A stretch of 64,000 nucleotides of DNA from Stegostoma tigrinum (GCF_030684315.1 NC_081386.1:30485020-30549019); one strand, 5' to 3'; shown: positions 1 through 13,075, numbered from the stretch's first letter. Numbers and translations are program-made. Notes: a model not told the origin generated them from the letters alone.

Positions 1-2349
1 TTCAGGAAAGAAATATATAATATTGCATTTACCATCTGAAAACCACATTTTTTGATTCAAAGCGACAAGTGCGAACCATGCCACCTGCAACAGTGTGAAG
101 AGACAACAACATTGCAAAATAGAATCATGGGATTTTTATATCATATGGAAAACCACAGTATTAATGGACAGCACATACAAGCAACTGAATGAATTCTATA
201 GCTACAGGATGGTTACACAGAACAGAGAATAACACCACCAACATAGAAAGAAACTTAGAGGAATATGTTCCTGTGAAGACTCAAACAAAAACAATAAAAT
301 CTCTTATTTTTCTGATATTTTCAACAGTTGGCAAATAGTGGGCTTAATTTCACTGCTAATTATTCTGTACTGAATTTTAAAATGCTCTAGGTCTTTCCAA
401 ATTGGATGATGGCGTAGGCAGTGGAAGTAATGGATGCTAAATCTCACTCATTAACTTCACTCAAACTTGTTGAATACCTGATGAAATAAAACTAAAATCC
501 AGCTTGAAAAATGTGCTGCCTCCCAGTGCACACCAACAAATACCATTTCTGCACGTCCTTCCTGGTGCTGTCTTTTGAATAGATAAAAGAAAACAGTACT
601 TGCTAGCTCATTTCTTACATAAGGCAGAATGAAGGGTCTGGCTCTAGAGAAAGAAACAAGTTGATGGCACGGGGTAACAAAGAAAAACATTTATCTCCAA
701 ACCCCACTCTTCCAGTCATAAAAGTGATAATCACTAATTAAACCAAAAACAACTTTGAGAAACTGATAGAAAATTCAAACCTAAAAAGATAATGTCCAAG
801 TCCAAGAGCTGAAAACTGGGGAAATAACTGAAGCCTTGTTTCAACTTGCTTCAAATCACAATTTCAGAATTGCTTTTCTGGCTACTACTGAAGTCCACAC
901 TGAATCGCCAACAGACAAGATAAGGATTTTTTTCGGGGGGGGGGGTGGAGAGAAGGGGTGTGAGGAGGTTTTTTTCTAACTAGTACTTTTGATTTCATTC
1001 CCTTTATTGGTTTAATATTCCAAAATATCGCACACTCGCTAGTAAAATAGCTGAGAGTTACACTGCAGAATAATGCATAAAGCAGCCTACACGTCAACAT
1101 AATAACATACCAGACCCTTCACAGTTCCCTAAATTACAAGTGACTAAACACCTTAAGTATTTCATTAGCTGCAAACATGGAAGTAGTATAAAAATGCAAG
1201 TTCATTCTTTATGAGTCAGTAGAACCTGGAGAGTCGATTACAGCATTGAAATAACTCCTTGGAATTCATTCCAACTCTCAGATTTTTTATTGTATAGATT
1301 TTAGTCTGTTTTAAGTCAATTAATGTGCCATCTGGGTCCATGATGAAAATTTTGCAAACTTCAAAAGAATGATAACATGCAATAATTTTCAGTACACCCA
1401 TGTCCAACACATATGAATTAAGCACAGTAGAATATTAAACATTATTCAATGCATAACCATACATTGTCAGTTTAATTTTAGTTTCATTGACAGAATTTCA
1501 AATAATATATTTCACAGATTACTGTAACACTAAATTACGGAATAAATATATTCTAAAAATTAAAACAAGAGTACTTCAGCATCAGTGAAAACATTCAATC
1601 CTTCCTTTAGATATAAGACCCATATTTCTTCTTTAGTGCCTGCATTAAAATGATCGCCTACTATCAGCATGTCCCCATCAGAGAAATAATGGGCTTGAGT
1701 ATCCTATAAGGAATACAAGCTATTAAAATAATTCATAATGCGTTTATCACAAGGCTGGAGTACTCACTGTCCATTGCTCTGGGAATACCAGAGCACTGTT
1801 CAATGATGTAGATGATGAACAAAGCCCTACAATAAGCAAGATGAGAATCAGCTGATCCATAAAAAACCAGAACAGGGCAGATAAACCATAGAAGACATTA
1901 TTCGTTTAACTGCTGTAAGCAATTTATTAAGCAGTCTTTAGCAAAGATGTCAGAAATATACATTGAGAAAGCAGGTCTATTTCTTGCTTAAAGAAGGATA
2001 CTTAGCTTGACACAACAGCAGAAGAAAGGTGATGAGTGTACAATACCATCAGAATTGACTGAGTTTTTAAGGCCATTTGCCTCTTGCGGCTATTGACTAC
2101 AGGAAACTCAGCAAAACTGCAAATATTATGAAGGTTTCTTAAAATACTTCATCCGTGATGCTGGAGGTAGAGTGAAATTTGCATCTAACATCCAAAAATA
2201 TCCATACCAAAAAATTTACAGTGCAAGACCATAAAAGATATGATAAAAAAAGTTTGACCACATGTACAGATTCAAGAACAGCTTCTTCCCTACTGTTACC
2301 ATACTTCTGAACGGACCTCTCAAATGTTAATTCTGAACTCTCTCTCTGC

Positions 2350-2485
2350 ACCTTCTCTACAGTTGAAACGCTATGTTCTTCACTCCATTCTGCTACCCTG
2401 ATGTAGTTTGTATCATACTATTTGTATAGCATGCAAAACAACACTTTTCACTGTATCTTGGTACGTGACAATAAGTAAATCTAAT
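2350..2485 (+). mobile_element. Non-LTR retrotransposon 3' tail fragment
   Basis: Ends in CTTTTCACTGTATCTTGGTACGTGACAATAAGTAAATCTAAT. A related tail occurs at ~3340-3392. Family not assigned. Confidence 0.45.
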
Positions 2486-2721
2486 GGATCAATCATACTA
2501 TGGTCAATGCACCATTAAAAGGATGTGGGTAATGACAGCTGTCTCTTAGTAAGCTACCACTGTAAATGACTTCAAGGTGCAACAATCCAGTTGTTATTTG
2601 AAAATATCATGAAAGGTGGAAGTGAAACTTGAATTTGTATATGTTAAGATAAAAGTGTTGAAGTGGTTAACATAGCTCACTTCTAGCTTAAAAATATGAC
2701 ATTATTATAAAGATGCTTCAT

Positions 2722-2838
2722 GTTGAGGTTGGTTGGCTCGCCGAGCTGATTTGTTGCTCTGTAGACGTTTCTTTACTGTGCTTGGTAACATCGTCAGTAC
2801 AGACCCACAACCCGAGCTACAAATCTACTCCAAAACCT
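2722..2838. mobile_element. Short Penelope-like insertion with internal inversion
   Basis: 14-bp TSD TAAAGATGCTTCAT (2708-2721) / TAAAGGTGCTTCAT (2839-2852). ~2730-2800 matches ~47925-47995 directly, and ~2805-2836 is the reverse complement of ~47882-47912. Confidence 0.85.
2758..2803 (-). ncRNA. Minimal hammerhead ribozyme motif (PLE-associated)
   Basis: UCUGUA-CUGACGA-U-GUUAC(CAAGCACA)GUAAA-GAAAC-GUC-UACAGA. Perfect 6-bp stem I, intact core, palindromic ACGU stem III, GUC site. The closing pair of stem II is mismatched. Confidence 0.7.
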
Positions 2839-3464
2839 TAAAGGTGCTTCATTCTTACTACCTATTTGAAAAATAAGGCATTGAAGAATTGTGGAAAGAT
2901 ATATCTACTTCAAGTTTTGTGGGAAAAACCTGGTGTAATTTCTTTAAAAATGGTTGTTTCCTTAAAAATGGAGGCATGTCTCAGTGGTGAGTCCTGGACC
3001 AGAGACCGGTACAGGTGACGAGCCCCGGACCGGAGGCCATTGTGGTTTGGTCAGTCTCAGACTGGAAGCTGCCATGGCAGAGGCAAGGCCCTTGTGGACT
3101 GGAAGCAAGGTCTCAAGTTTTGAAGCCAAGAGTGGTATGGAGACTTGGCCTAGTGCTGTCTGGAAGCTAGGTGCTGGCATAGACTTGGTGAAAAGGACTG
3201 TAATTCAAGTACTTTTTAAAAAAACTTTTTATTCTTACGTTGGACTTTTATTTATAGCTCTTTCAATTCTGAAACAAACATTCAAGTGCCTGGAACTAGG
3301 TGCCCTGTACCCAAGACGACATCATGAGCAGTGACGTTCCAAACTTTTTACTGCACTCACTCGAGTCCATGCGACAATCTAATTCTATTCTATAAAAACA
3401 GTTTTCATACAGATATTTAGGTTAAGTTAAATGGGAAAAAGATTTGGACAGGAAAACCGACACA

Positions 3465-3745
3465 GAGGTTAGCACTGCTGCCTCATAGCACCAGGGACCT
3501 GGGTTCAATCCCATCTTCGGGTGACTGTCTGTGTGGAGTTTGCACATTCTCCCCGTATCTGTGGGGGTTTCCTCCGGGTGCTCCTGTTTTCTTCCACAGT
3601 CCAAAAATGTGCAGGCTAGGTGGACTGGCCATGCTAAATTGCCATCAGTGATCAGGAATGTGTAGATTAGGGGATGGGTCTGGGTGGGATGCTCTGAGGG
3701 TTGGTGGCCTGTTTCCACACTGCACGAAATCTAATCTAATCTAAC
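3465..3745 (+). mobile_element. HE1-type V-SINE (5' truncated)
   Basis: B box GGTTCAATCCC, V-domain GTGTGGAGTTTGCACATTCTCCCCGT..., and ATCTA-repeat tail. Homologous to 60917-61230. Confidence 0.9.
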
Positions 3746-3803
3746 ATTATTTAAATAAAGAAAGGCTGTAACAGAAAAAGGGATTTAGGCGTGATTGTGA
3801 TCA

Positions 3804-3865
3804 GAGATAATGGGAACTGCAGATGCTGGAGAATCCAAGATAATCCAGCCCCACACTTTGTTATC
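3804..3865. mobile_element. Tiny Penelope-like remnant with inversion, inside CR1
   Basis: GATAATGGGAACTGCAGATGCTGGAGAATCCAAGATAA (same as ~22430-22467) joined to inverted ATCCAGCCCCACACTTTGTTATC. Confidence 0.75.
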
Positions 3866-3952
3866 AGGGACTTTGGAGTACTTGTGCATGAAACACAGAA
3901 AGTTAGCACACAAATGCAACAAGTAGTTAGAAAGGTGAATGGAATGTTGGCT

Positions 3953-6900
3953 TGTAACGACTGTAATGAGGTCAATTAATAACCCCACTCAAGGAACCCT
4001 GGCTGACAGATATCAGAGGAGTGTCAGAAGTTCTTTTCAATCTGAGAGCTGGCTCTGAGAAAGCAGGGCCAGTGTCAAGTGCCATGCACGTGCAAATACA
4101 TTCCTGAAGAAATTCCCTCACAACTGTTGTCTTTGAGTGGAGGTAAACATTTTGGCCATCATGTCATTTTTTGGGAAGCTTGGTTCATTCAATCCTGCCA
4201 AAGACTGTGCCCAATATGTGGAAAGAACGTGTTATTTTCCCTGGGATCATGTCACTGGGACAGATGAAAAGCAATGAAGAATTCTCGTGACAACTTGTAG
4301 ATGCACAGCTTTTTTCCATTAGGAACCTACCGTTTCCTGAGGCACCTGAAAAACCTTTCAAGAGTTGAGGGATTTAGTTCATGAATGTTATGAGCCCAAG
4401 CTTCCTATCATTCTGAGATGTTATCGGTTATACTAAGCAGTTGAGAATCGGGGAATCCTTGTTGAGATTTTTGACGAGGTTAAGACAACTGGCAGAGGCA
4501 AGAGGCTTTAGTTTAATCCTTAATGAGATGCTAGGAGACCATTTGGTATGTGGGATTAATAATGTAGCCATGCAAAAACACATACTAGCTGAAGCTCAAC
4601 TGATTTCAAACTGGCTTTGTCATTAGAAAATGTATCAAGAGTTACGGGTTATGTTGAAGCAAGTGGATACCCTCACCGGGTTGACTGAACTTGGGGGGCA
4701 CCACTTGAATGAAGGCAATTGCATCGCCTCAATCAAGATATATCCTGACAGAGATAATCTAGGTCAGCCCATAGCAAAACCCCAAAACAAAGCAAAGTCT
4801 CGGCCAAACAGTTAACATTTTCTTCAGGATGCGAGTTCGCAAGCCATTGTGATTGCTGCCAATACGCAAGGCAGCAAAGAGAATCGCACTAAGCATGAAC
4901 TAAGAGAACACAGACTGGTATACAGGAGACTGCGCACCCTGGAAAGCACACCTGCAATTGGTTTGAAATACTTAAAGTGCTTGGCAATATCTAAATCAGA
5001 ACCAAAATAAATGTCTAGTAATTGCTCACCCAGTTATAATGGGCGTTGACACTGGCGTAGCTGTATCAGCGATTGGAAAACTAGTTTTTAAACAAAATTG
5101 AGCCTCGATTCCAAACCTTAATTCGGATAGACTGAGAACCTAGACCTGGGAACTTTACAGATTAAGGGTACAACTTCGATTCCAGTCTCATACAAGAAGT
5201 AACTGGTTCAGTTACCACTGACTGCAGCAAAGGACTTGGGCTGAAGCTAGATAGGACAAAATTGGTTGAGAAACATTCACTTTGATCGGCTTAATGATTT
5301 TTGATAAGAAAATGGCTGACAGAGTGAAGTCCTAATAAAATAGTCCAAAAGCTTTTCAAGAAGGTCCAGTGACAGCCAAAGGAACCAAGGCCACCTTGCA
5401 TATTGATTAAGAAGCAATTCCACGATCATGCAAGGCCCGCCCAGTACAAAGCTAGCGTGTGTGCGTGTGTGTCTGCGGGGGGACATTGCTGTCCTTCATG
5501 AAGCTAGACAGGGATGATTCAGTGAAGTATGCTAAACTTAATATCCATGAGGGTTTGTAGCAATTTACCAGACTGCCATTTGGGGTATCATCAGCCTGTG
5601 CCACATTTCAGCGGATAAAGGAGAACATTTTACATGGTTACCATTTATCTGGATGATGTGCTAATAATAGGGAATAGCACTTCGAGAACATTGACATACT
5701 CTTCAGACATTTCTCCAAAGGTGGGCATACACCTTAGAAGTGAAAAAATGCATTCCGAGCACCCTATGAGAGCGACTTGGGCTAGAATTGACAAGACCAG
5801 GTTACACCCATTGAAAGAAAAAGTGAGTAAGATCAAAGGTGTCCCAAATTCCATGTCTGTACCAGAGCTTAGGTCTTTCTTTGGGTTGGAGAGCTATTAT
5901 AGAAAGTTCATACTAACCTGGCTTCCATCACTGGCACCCATAGATCGGTTATTGAAGAAGGGCAGCCACAGAAGTGGCCTTGAAGTCAGGACTTAGCCTT
6001 TAGGGAAGTCAAGAAGCAGTTATCATTGCCTAAAGTGTTGGCACACTATGATCCCAAGGGAGATCGAGTGTTGATATGATGCCTCCCCATATGGTTGGCT
6101 CACAGGTGGCCCAAAAGAGAGGAACGCCTGGTAGTGTATACTTCCCAGACTTTGACTGATGCAGAGCACCAATACGCCAAGGTAGAGAAAGATGGTTTGG
6201 TGTGATCAAATTCCACCAATGCCTATATGGATGTAAATCTGTAACAGACCACAAACCCCTTCCACAGTCACTCAAAAAGGCTAGGCCATGCCGCCCAGAG
6301 TTTCAGGATGAATTCAGTGGTGGGTTTAAATTCTAAGTGCATACAAGTTAAAACACCTTCCTGAAGGCCAAGTAGCAACTGTGGATGTCTGAAGCCAACT
6401 CCTGCTGGCAGATATCACTGGTGCTGCCGCCACTGGAAGAGTCCATTCAGGTTTTAAACTTTCTGTACACCCTTCTGGTCACTGCTGACAATAATTAGAC
6501 TGTGAACATAAAAACATCCAGTCTTGGCAAATCTAAAATAGCTGGTGGCAATGGGGGACACGTAAGGGCCATCACAACCTTTCTGGGCCAGTGAGATCAA
6601 ATCACCCTTATTATGACGAGCAAGAGAGATTGTGCTGGGCAAAGGTCACCACCCAATACTGGCTGAATTCCACCAGGATGATCCAGGAGTTTCCAAAATG
6701 AAGATGTTAGTGAGAGGTTATATCTGGTGGCCAGGGCTGGTTGCCAACATAACCACTTTAGTGAGGTAATACATACAGTGCCATCAAGGATAAAAATTGT
6801 TGCAAGCACTCCCTCACATTTATGGGAATGGCTAGATAAACCTCTGATTCGGTTACAAGTCAACTATGCCGGACCTTTCATGGGCTGATCGTTCTTAATC

Positions 6901-8063
6901 ATTGTGGATGCCCACTCAAAGTCGTTGGACTTGCATAGAGCTCATTCATCAAACTCAAGGACGATGATAGAAAAGCTGAACATTTTTTGCAATACACAGG
7001 CTATTGAAAGTGCTGGTCAGAAACAACAGGCCATCATTTACCAGCAGTAGAATAGGGTATTTCCTGAAATTGAATGGTATTTGGCAATATAAAGGACTGC
7101 TCCATACCAGCTATCATTCAATGGTCTGGCAGAAAGAGCAGTCCAAACTTTGAAGGGAGGCTTAAAGAAACAGCCTACTGCTTCACTTGATATCAGTCTA
7201 TTCCGGTTCCTATTTGATTATTGGACCAACCCTCATGCCACTTCAGGGACTGCTCAAGCCAGAGTTGCTAATGGTTAAATCTGATCTTCCTGGATCTGGG
7301 AGACTGGATGAAGTGGTATGAGGAACGTCAACATTGGACACAAGACTCCTCCAATTGAAAGGGAAAGTTTACTTCAGGGTACAAAGTTTGGTGCTGATAC
7401 CAGGGAAATGGCCTTGCATGGGTAAGAGGTATGGTCAAAGCAAGACAGGTCAAGCGATGTACAAAGTTTCCGTAGGTGAGGCAGTCCTGAAGAAGCACAT
7501 GGACCACATGAAAGCTGCAACCTCGGAAATGGGGTAAGAGCAAAACACAACTGGACCCTCAGAACACCCAAAAAGGCTGTCAGAATCTGTGGGTTCTCCC
7601 CCTCCATCTAGCGTCAAAGAAACCTCGGAATCGGAGATAGAAAAGGCCGATTTTGCAGCCTTGATGTTTTTACAGCTTTAACAGGAGAAAATTTTTTTCC
7701 AAGATGCTTTATTGCAAAAGGCAGGCTACAATCTTGTCCACACTGCCCATATCCAAGGCTGAGTGGGAGGAACTGGAACAACATGAAAAAGCCCAGAAGA
7801 AGCTACAAGAAAAAAGACATTTAGTGCCTGATTTAGTGTTTGTAACAAGGTCAGCAAGATGGGCCTCGCAGGAGTTCCCTGATTGGACCAGCTTAACAGC
7901 CTCAATCAGGGAACCCCGGCTGATAGATAGAAATAGGAGTGTCAGAGGTTCTGTCCACCCTGAGAGCTGGCTTTAAGGAAGCTGGTTCAGTGGCAACACT
8001 GTGCACGTGTAAATAAGGTGTAACTTGATGATGTGAAGTTACTGTCACTGTTAAGTTATTTCA
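3953..8063 (+). mobile_element. Decayed Ty3/Gypsy LTR retrotransposon (gag-PR-RT-RH-IN)
   Basis: TG...CA ends and TSD TGGCT/TGGCC (3948-3952, 8064-8068). Related LTRs at 3953-~4100 and ~7837-8063. gag-like DHLVCGI; protease VDTGVAVS (~5046); RT LPFGVSSA and YLDD; integrase YAGPFMG, IVDAHSK, NGLAERAVQTLK. Many frameshifts and stops. Confidence 0.92.
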
Positions 8064-8587
8064 TGGCCCTTATTTCAAAGGGATTACAGTATAAAAGTAG
8101 GGAAGTTTTATTGCAAATGTACAAAATGCTGGTGAGACCATTTCTGGAGCACAGAGCAATTTTGGGTCCCTTATTTATGGCAATATTCCATTCAAGGCAG
8201 TCCAGAGAAATTTAACTGGGATGATCCCTGGTACAATTGTCAACTGAGCAAAAGCTGAACACGTTGGGCCTCCACCAATTCAAGTTTAGAAGAATGAGAG
8301 GTGATCTCATTGAAACACAGAGGATTCTTAAGGGTCTTGACAGGGTTAATGCTGAGAGGATGCTTCCTCTCAAGGGAGAGTCTAGGACCAGGCGTCATCA
8401 TTCCAGAATGAAGTGGCACCAATTTCAGAATGAGAAAAGGAGGCATTTCTTTGCTCAGAGGGTCGCGTCTTTGGAACTTCTTACCACAGAGAGTCCTTAT
8501 ACATATTTAGGCTGAGATAGACAGGTTCTTGAACAGTAGGGGAATTAAAGGGCAGCAAAGCGGATGTGAGGAATGTCAGATCAGCCA

Positions 8588-9505
8588 TGTATGGCAGTAA
8601 TGTGCCTTTAAGAGAAATTTGTTGTGTACGGTTTCTCTTGCAAAGAGGTGCTACTGCAGTGGTGCCAGAATGTTTGCTTCAGAAGCAGCAGGTAAACAGG
8701 TGAATTCAGATTTTACACTGTCTACCTGCAACCTCCCACCTCACTGACCAATCCCCACCACTGCCTACCTGCACTCACCTATCACTATCCCAACTACCTT
8801 CCCTGCCCCACCCCTTCTCTCTCTATTTATTTCTGAGCTCCCTTCCCCTTCCCCTTCCCCATTTCTGAAGGGTCCTGACCTGGAACATCAGCTTTCCTGC
8901 TCGGCCTGCTGTGTTCCTTCAGCTCCACACTATGTTATCTCTGACTCCAGCATCGGGCAGTTCTTACTACCTCTGAGTGAATTCAGAGTGTTTTTTTTGT
9001 TTAAATTAGACTCAAGAAGCATGAGTGGGTCCACAGATCCAGGCTTTAGTTTGCTTTCAGCTGGGGTTTGCATTATCTGATAGATACTCTGTCTCTGCTG
9101 CAGTAAACAGCTTGAGTCCTGTCTACGCCGCTAGATTATTTCTTTTGGCGTTCCTTTCTCCTGGACTGAAAAGGAGATAGCAAGTGAGGAAAATCTGTTT
9201 TGCTGAATATGCCTTTTCCAAGGCTGTATTTAAGGGATGATGCTACATTAGGACGGTTGATGACTAGCAGTTAAATAGTATCTTACTTGTTATGTATTTC
9301 AATCGAGTTGAAGTTATACCAATTGTTCTTTTTTAGTTTGTATTTTAACTGTATTTAAGAATAAAGTGTTTTTTGCCTAATGTCTAGTAGTAGACCAATT
9401 GAATCACATCTGAACACAACACCTTACACTTGCCTTTAAATAAAAATTTAGGGTGTAGATGATCTTCTTGATATATTTTGAGGGGATTTGGTCTGATCCA
9501 TAACT
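8588..9505 (+). mobile_element. Probable solo LTR inserted in the CR1 3'UTR
   Basis: Interrupts the CR1 tail, starts TGT, ends ...CCATAAC, AATAAA near 9360, no coding remnant. Ends are imperfect. Confidence 0.5.
8711..8976 (+). mobile_element. Penelope-like 3' end fragment
   Basis: 11-bp TSD GTGAATTCAGA (8700-8710, 8977-8987). Homologous to ~23350-23600. Hammerhead region is eroded (CTGAAGGGTCCTGACCTGGAACATC). Confidence 0.85.
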
Positions 9506-9784
9506 CGTGATCCAATTCAATGGTAGAGTAGGTAGACAGGCCGAACAGCCCACTCCTGTTTTTGTTTCTTATGGCCTTATAGCTGAAGTAGGGAAGAGCA
9601 GATGATGCTGTATGGGATGGGAAGAAGACTGAACAGAAACAAAATTTGTGTTTTCAGCATTGGTGTCTGCAGTTATTAGTGATCTGTTCAAACAAAATAT
9701 TCCAATTGATGTTGTTATGCTAATGTTTGCTGCAATAATGCCAACAGTACAGTTCAACATACAACACCACTGAGTTATAAAGTC

Positions 9785-10112
9785 AAAGTTATAAGGGAAA
9801 CAGACCCTTCAGTCCAACAAATCCAGGCTGACCAGCTCTCCTAAGCTGATCTAGTCCCACTTTCCAGTATTTGCCCCATATCCGTCTAAACCCTTCCTAT
9901 TCATGTACACATCCAGATGCCTTTTAAATGTTGTAATTGTACCCATCTCCACAATTTCCTTTGGCAGTTTATTTTATACACACACCACCCACTACGTGAA
10001 AATGTTGCCCCTCAGCCCCCTTTTAAATCTTTCCCAATTCACCTTAAACCTATGCCCTCTAGTTTTGAGCTCCCCTGCTCTGGGAAAAAACCTTGGCTAT
10101 TCACCCTATCCA
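9785..10112 (-). mobile_element. CR1 (HER1-like) LINE 3' end
   Basis: Homologous to ~42650-42900 and to the reverse complement of ~47180-47510. Confidence 0.8.
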
Positions 10113-12624
10113 CAATCAAAGTAAAATTCACAATCACTGTATAAAAGTAGAACTCCTAAGGAACAGAATACAATAGGATGTCTCCTATATAACCATTCAA
10201 AATACTTGGTGAAAATCATTTTTAAATTACAATCATTTAGTGTTGGCTTCTGGATACTTTCTTTGATGTACTTAACTGAAATGGTTATCTTTGGCTACTT
10301 ATTGCAACAATTCTCAGGTTAAAGAGTTATTAGTCGTTCCAAGACCAACCACTACAGAGGTATTATTAACTGTCTCAAAGGAGAATGAATGGTATTTTGA
10401 ACAAAGGTGTTTGAAGGATATAGCAACAAGATTGACCATTTTGTTTGATTTAAGGGACGAGGCCACTTGAGACTAATGGTCTTTACTTGTATTCAAAATT
10501 TTTTTTTTCAACCCTCATCATTCAAGGACTTAATCCCATAATAATTTAACAAAATAATCATGTATATGATTTATAATTTTGCTTGGATCTACTACGTAAA
10601 GAGAGTACAAAGAATCTAATGCATGTCAATAACTAGTCCACATTATTCTTATAGTCATATGAATTAGGAAGGTATACTGACATGGATGTGCATTGTAGTA
10701 TCCTTCTAGCATTCCACTAAAAACAAAACAAAAATAAAGGCACAATTAAAGTGATTTCCACATTTTAACACCTTTACACAGAAATTCCACATAACAGCAG
10801 AGAAGATCTGGCAAATGCAACTCTAATACTGCACCCATTTTTTTAAAATTAACAAAGCAAAGAGGTCATTCTACTCAAGGTTTTAAATGAGTTTTCTCCC
10901 CACAAAAATATTCTTTCTTCACGAAATTTGTAAACTTACATTCTAAAACATTTTGACTTGAATATCAACAAAATTCAACTGATCTCCATATAGCACATCC
11001 ACTCCTTTCTACTCAATACAGTTGTAATAGTCTTAATATTTGTTACTACCGCTTATCCCACAGAGTAATGTTGGCTAATTTTACAATACTCTTAAGGGTT
11101 AACATCATCTCTGGTAGAAAGTGTTATTTAAAAAAGCCCAGGGGCTCATTTTTAATGAGCTGTAACTATTAAGTAATGCATAAAGGATACTAAAATTTAT
11201 GGTGCATATAGCTATTATATAATGGTAAAAATCATTAAAAACTATTTTTCTTAATGTTCATGATGATCTGATCAGTAACTATGGAATTACTTCTGGAAAT
11301 ATCAAAAACAACTTTGTCCCATTTTGTCTGGATAACTATTTCAGAACTCTTTATTCGTGAGCATTTGGGTTCGAAGTACAAAGGACATCAAATACACACA
11401 TACTGCATATGCAATTTTCAATCCACTAGTCAGTGCATTTTCACCAACTGGCAGTGTTGTTACAACCAACTGTTGCCACACTCCCATGTCCAGTGTGATG
11501 ACCCTCCTAGGGACACAACTGGGCTCAATATTTATATTTAAATAGCCAAATGTGCCAGCAATACCAAGTTACACTATGTCAGAATTTTTTTAATCAACTT
11601 TGGGAACATTTGCCAACCTTGTTGAACTGTGATATATTCACGTGAGGATGGGAAATCTGTGGTCCACGGAAACCTTTGATTTGGCCCGTAGTCACAGTGG
11701 ATAATCCAGTAGAAATAGTTCAATGTAAATTGTCCTGTAATCTGTGGCTGCAGGAGAGAGTTTCTCTAGGAATGCAGCCACCACACAAGCACGTGAGGGA
11801 GACTTAAGAACAACACTAACCTAAGAACAGCACAAGGCTAGTGTATATTCAAAATTACTTACTAGATTATTAGAAATTTTGATTTGCATGTTGATTTCCC
11901 AAGCATATACATGGGAATTGTAAAACTTCAATGTATTTTTCATTTCAAAAATCTTTTTAAAACCGTACATTCAAGTTAATAAATAAACAATCTTACTTCT
12001 GCATTTTTCCCACTTCCTCATCTGCAAGTGCCAATTCTTGCTGGTATCTTGCCCCAAGCAGCCTTTCTTCATATGCAGAGGTGCACACAATGAATATTGG
12101 CAGATTGTTTGGCGCTGTGGCCAGGCCCTCTCCTATCTAGGGCCAATATGCTTTCAAGGAAATATAACAAAATTCATTTTTTCCCCTGTTCCTCTCATGA
12201 CATAGCAGTGCAGCAGTAGCTGCTGTCTTGGTTTAGAGGAAATAAAGCCCAGACCTGAATTTTATGCTGGGACCTTCAAGTCTGTATTGGCACAGTACTA
12301 GACTGAAGAGTGCCCTGAACTACTACAATGGTTATGTACCTTTACTCTTCTACAAAATTTAACGTCTATGCCTGTAGTTTACCAACGTTCTACATTATAA
12401 GTGCCTAAAAGCCATATTTATAATATTACCAGACAGGAGGAACTTCAGTGGGGAAACGAGAGTACCTAAGGTAGTCATCCTTTGGGTAGGGAAGGTTAAG
12501 TGTAAATTTAATAAATATGTTCAAAATCAAGCAGGTTACTGATTGGACAGATGATGGTTTCTTTAGGCAGATCAGCCGATAATTGGTAAAAGTGTCAGTG
12601 AATATTAGATTTGAACAGCAAGCA

Positions 12625-12960
12625 AAAAACTCTTTTTCCTTTATTCTTTCCTGAGGTGTGGGTATCACTGGCAAGGCCAGCATTTATTGTCCATCTCTAA
12701 ATGCACTCAAACTCACTAGCTCATTAGGCCATTTTGGACGGCGGTTAAAAGTCAGCTACATTGCTGTGGATCTTGAGTCACATTTAGGCCAAATTAGGTA
12801 AGGTTGGCAGATCACCCTTCATTAAAGGAAATCTGTGAACCAGATGAGTTCATAAGAATCAATGATCGTTTTATCATCAAGATTCCAGACTATCTATCAA
12901 TTTCACACTAATGAATTTAAATTCCACCAGCCTCCATGGAGGGATGTAAAATCATGCCAG
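12625..12960 (-). mobile_element. SINE with LINE-derived tail
   Basis: Reverse complement of the family at 51835-52030 and 53735-53915 (CCTACATGTGACTCCAG..., GGGCAATAAATGCTGGCC). Confidence 0.75.
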
Positions 12961-12974
12961 CACAGCATTGCAGT

Positions 12975-13075
12975 GTTACCAAATTGTTGGAGAAACTTAG
13001 CAGGTCTGGTAGCATCTGGAGTGAAAGCAGGGTTGACATTGTGTCTAGTGAATTTTTTTCAGAACTGGAAGAACT
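12975..13075 (-). mobile_element. Old Penelope-like 3' remnant
   Basis: Homologous to ~25600-25690 and ~44530-44615 (CAGGTCTGGCAGCATCTG...CAGAACT). Ribozyme core is eroded. Confidence 0.6.

Larger units (their letters stand above)
3765..9580 (+). mobile_element. CR1 LINE 3' portion split into three pieces (~3765-3952, 8064-8587, ~9506-9580) by later insertions
   Basis: RT C-terminal motifs (QMQQVVRKVNGML; YKSREVLLQMYKMLVRPFLE; RRMRGDLIET..ILKGLDRV) and a CR1 3'UTR that resumes across the inserts. Confidence 0.8.

Noticed and set aside
935-968. G-quadruplex-forming G run
   Set aside because: Simple homopolymer tract with no supporting context.
11285-11350. Possible MAP2K5 exon 4 (- strand ...QNG...LIFPE)
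   Set aside because: In-frame stop just upstream and poor match to YYSTVMEQQVNGQLIEPLQIFPR. Exon 4 is probably outside the window.
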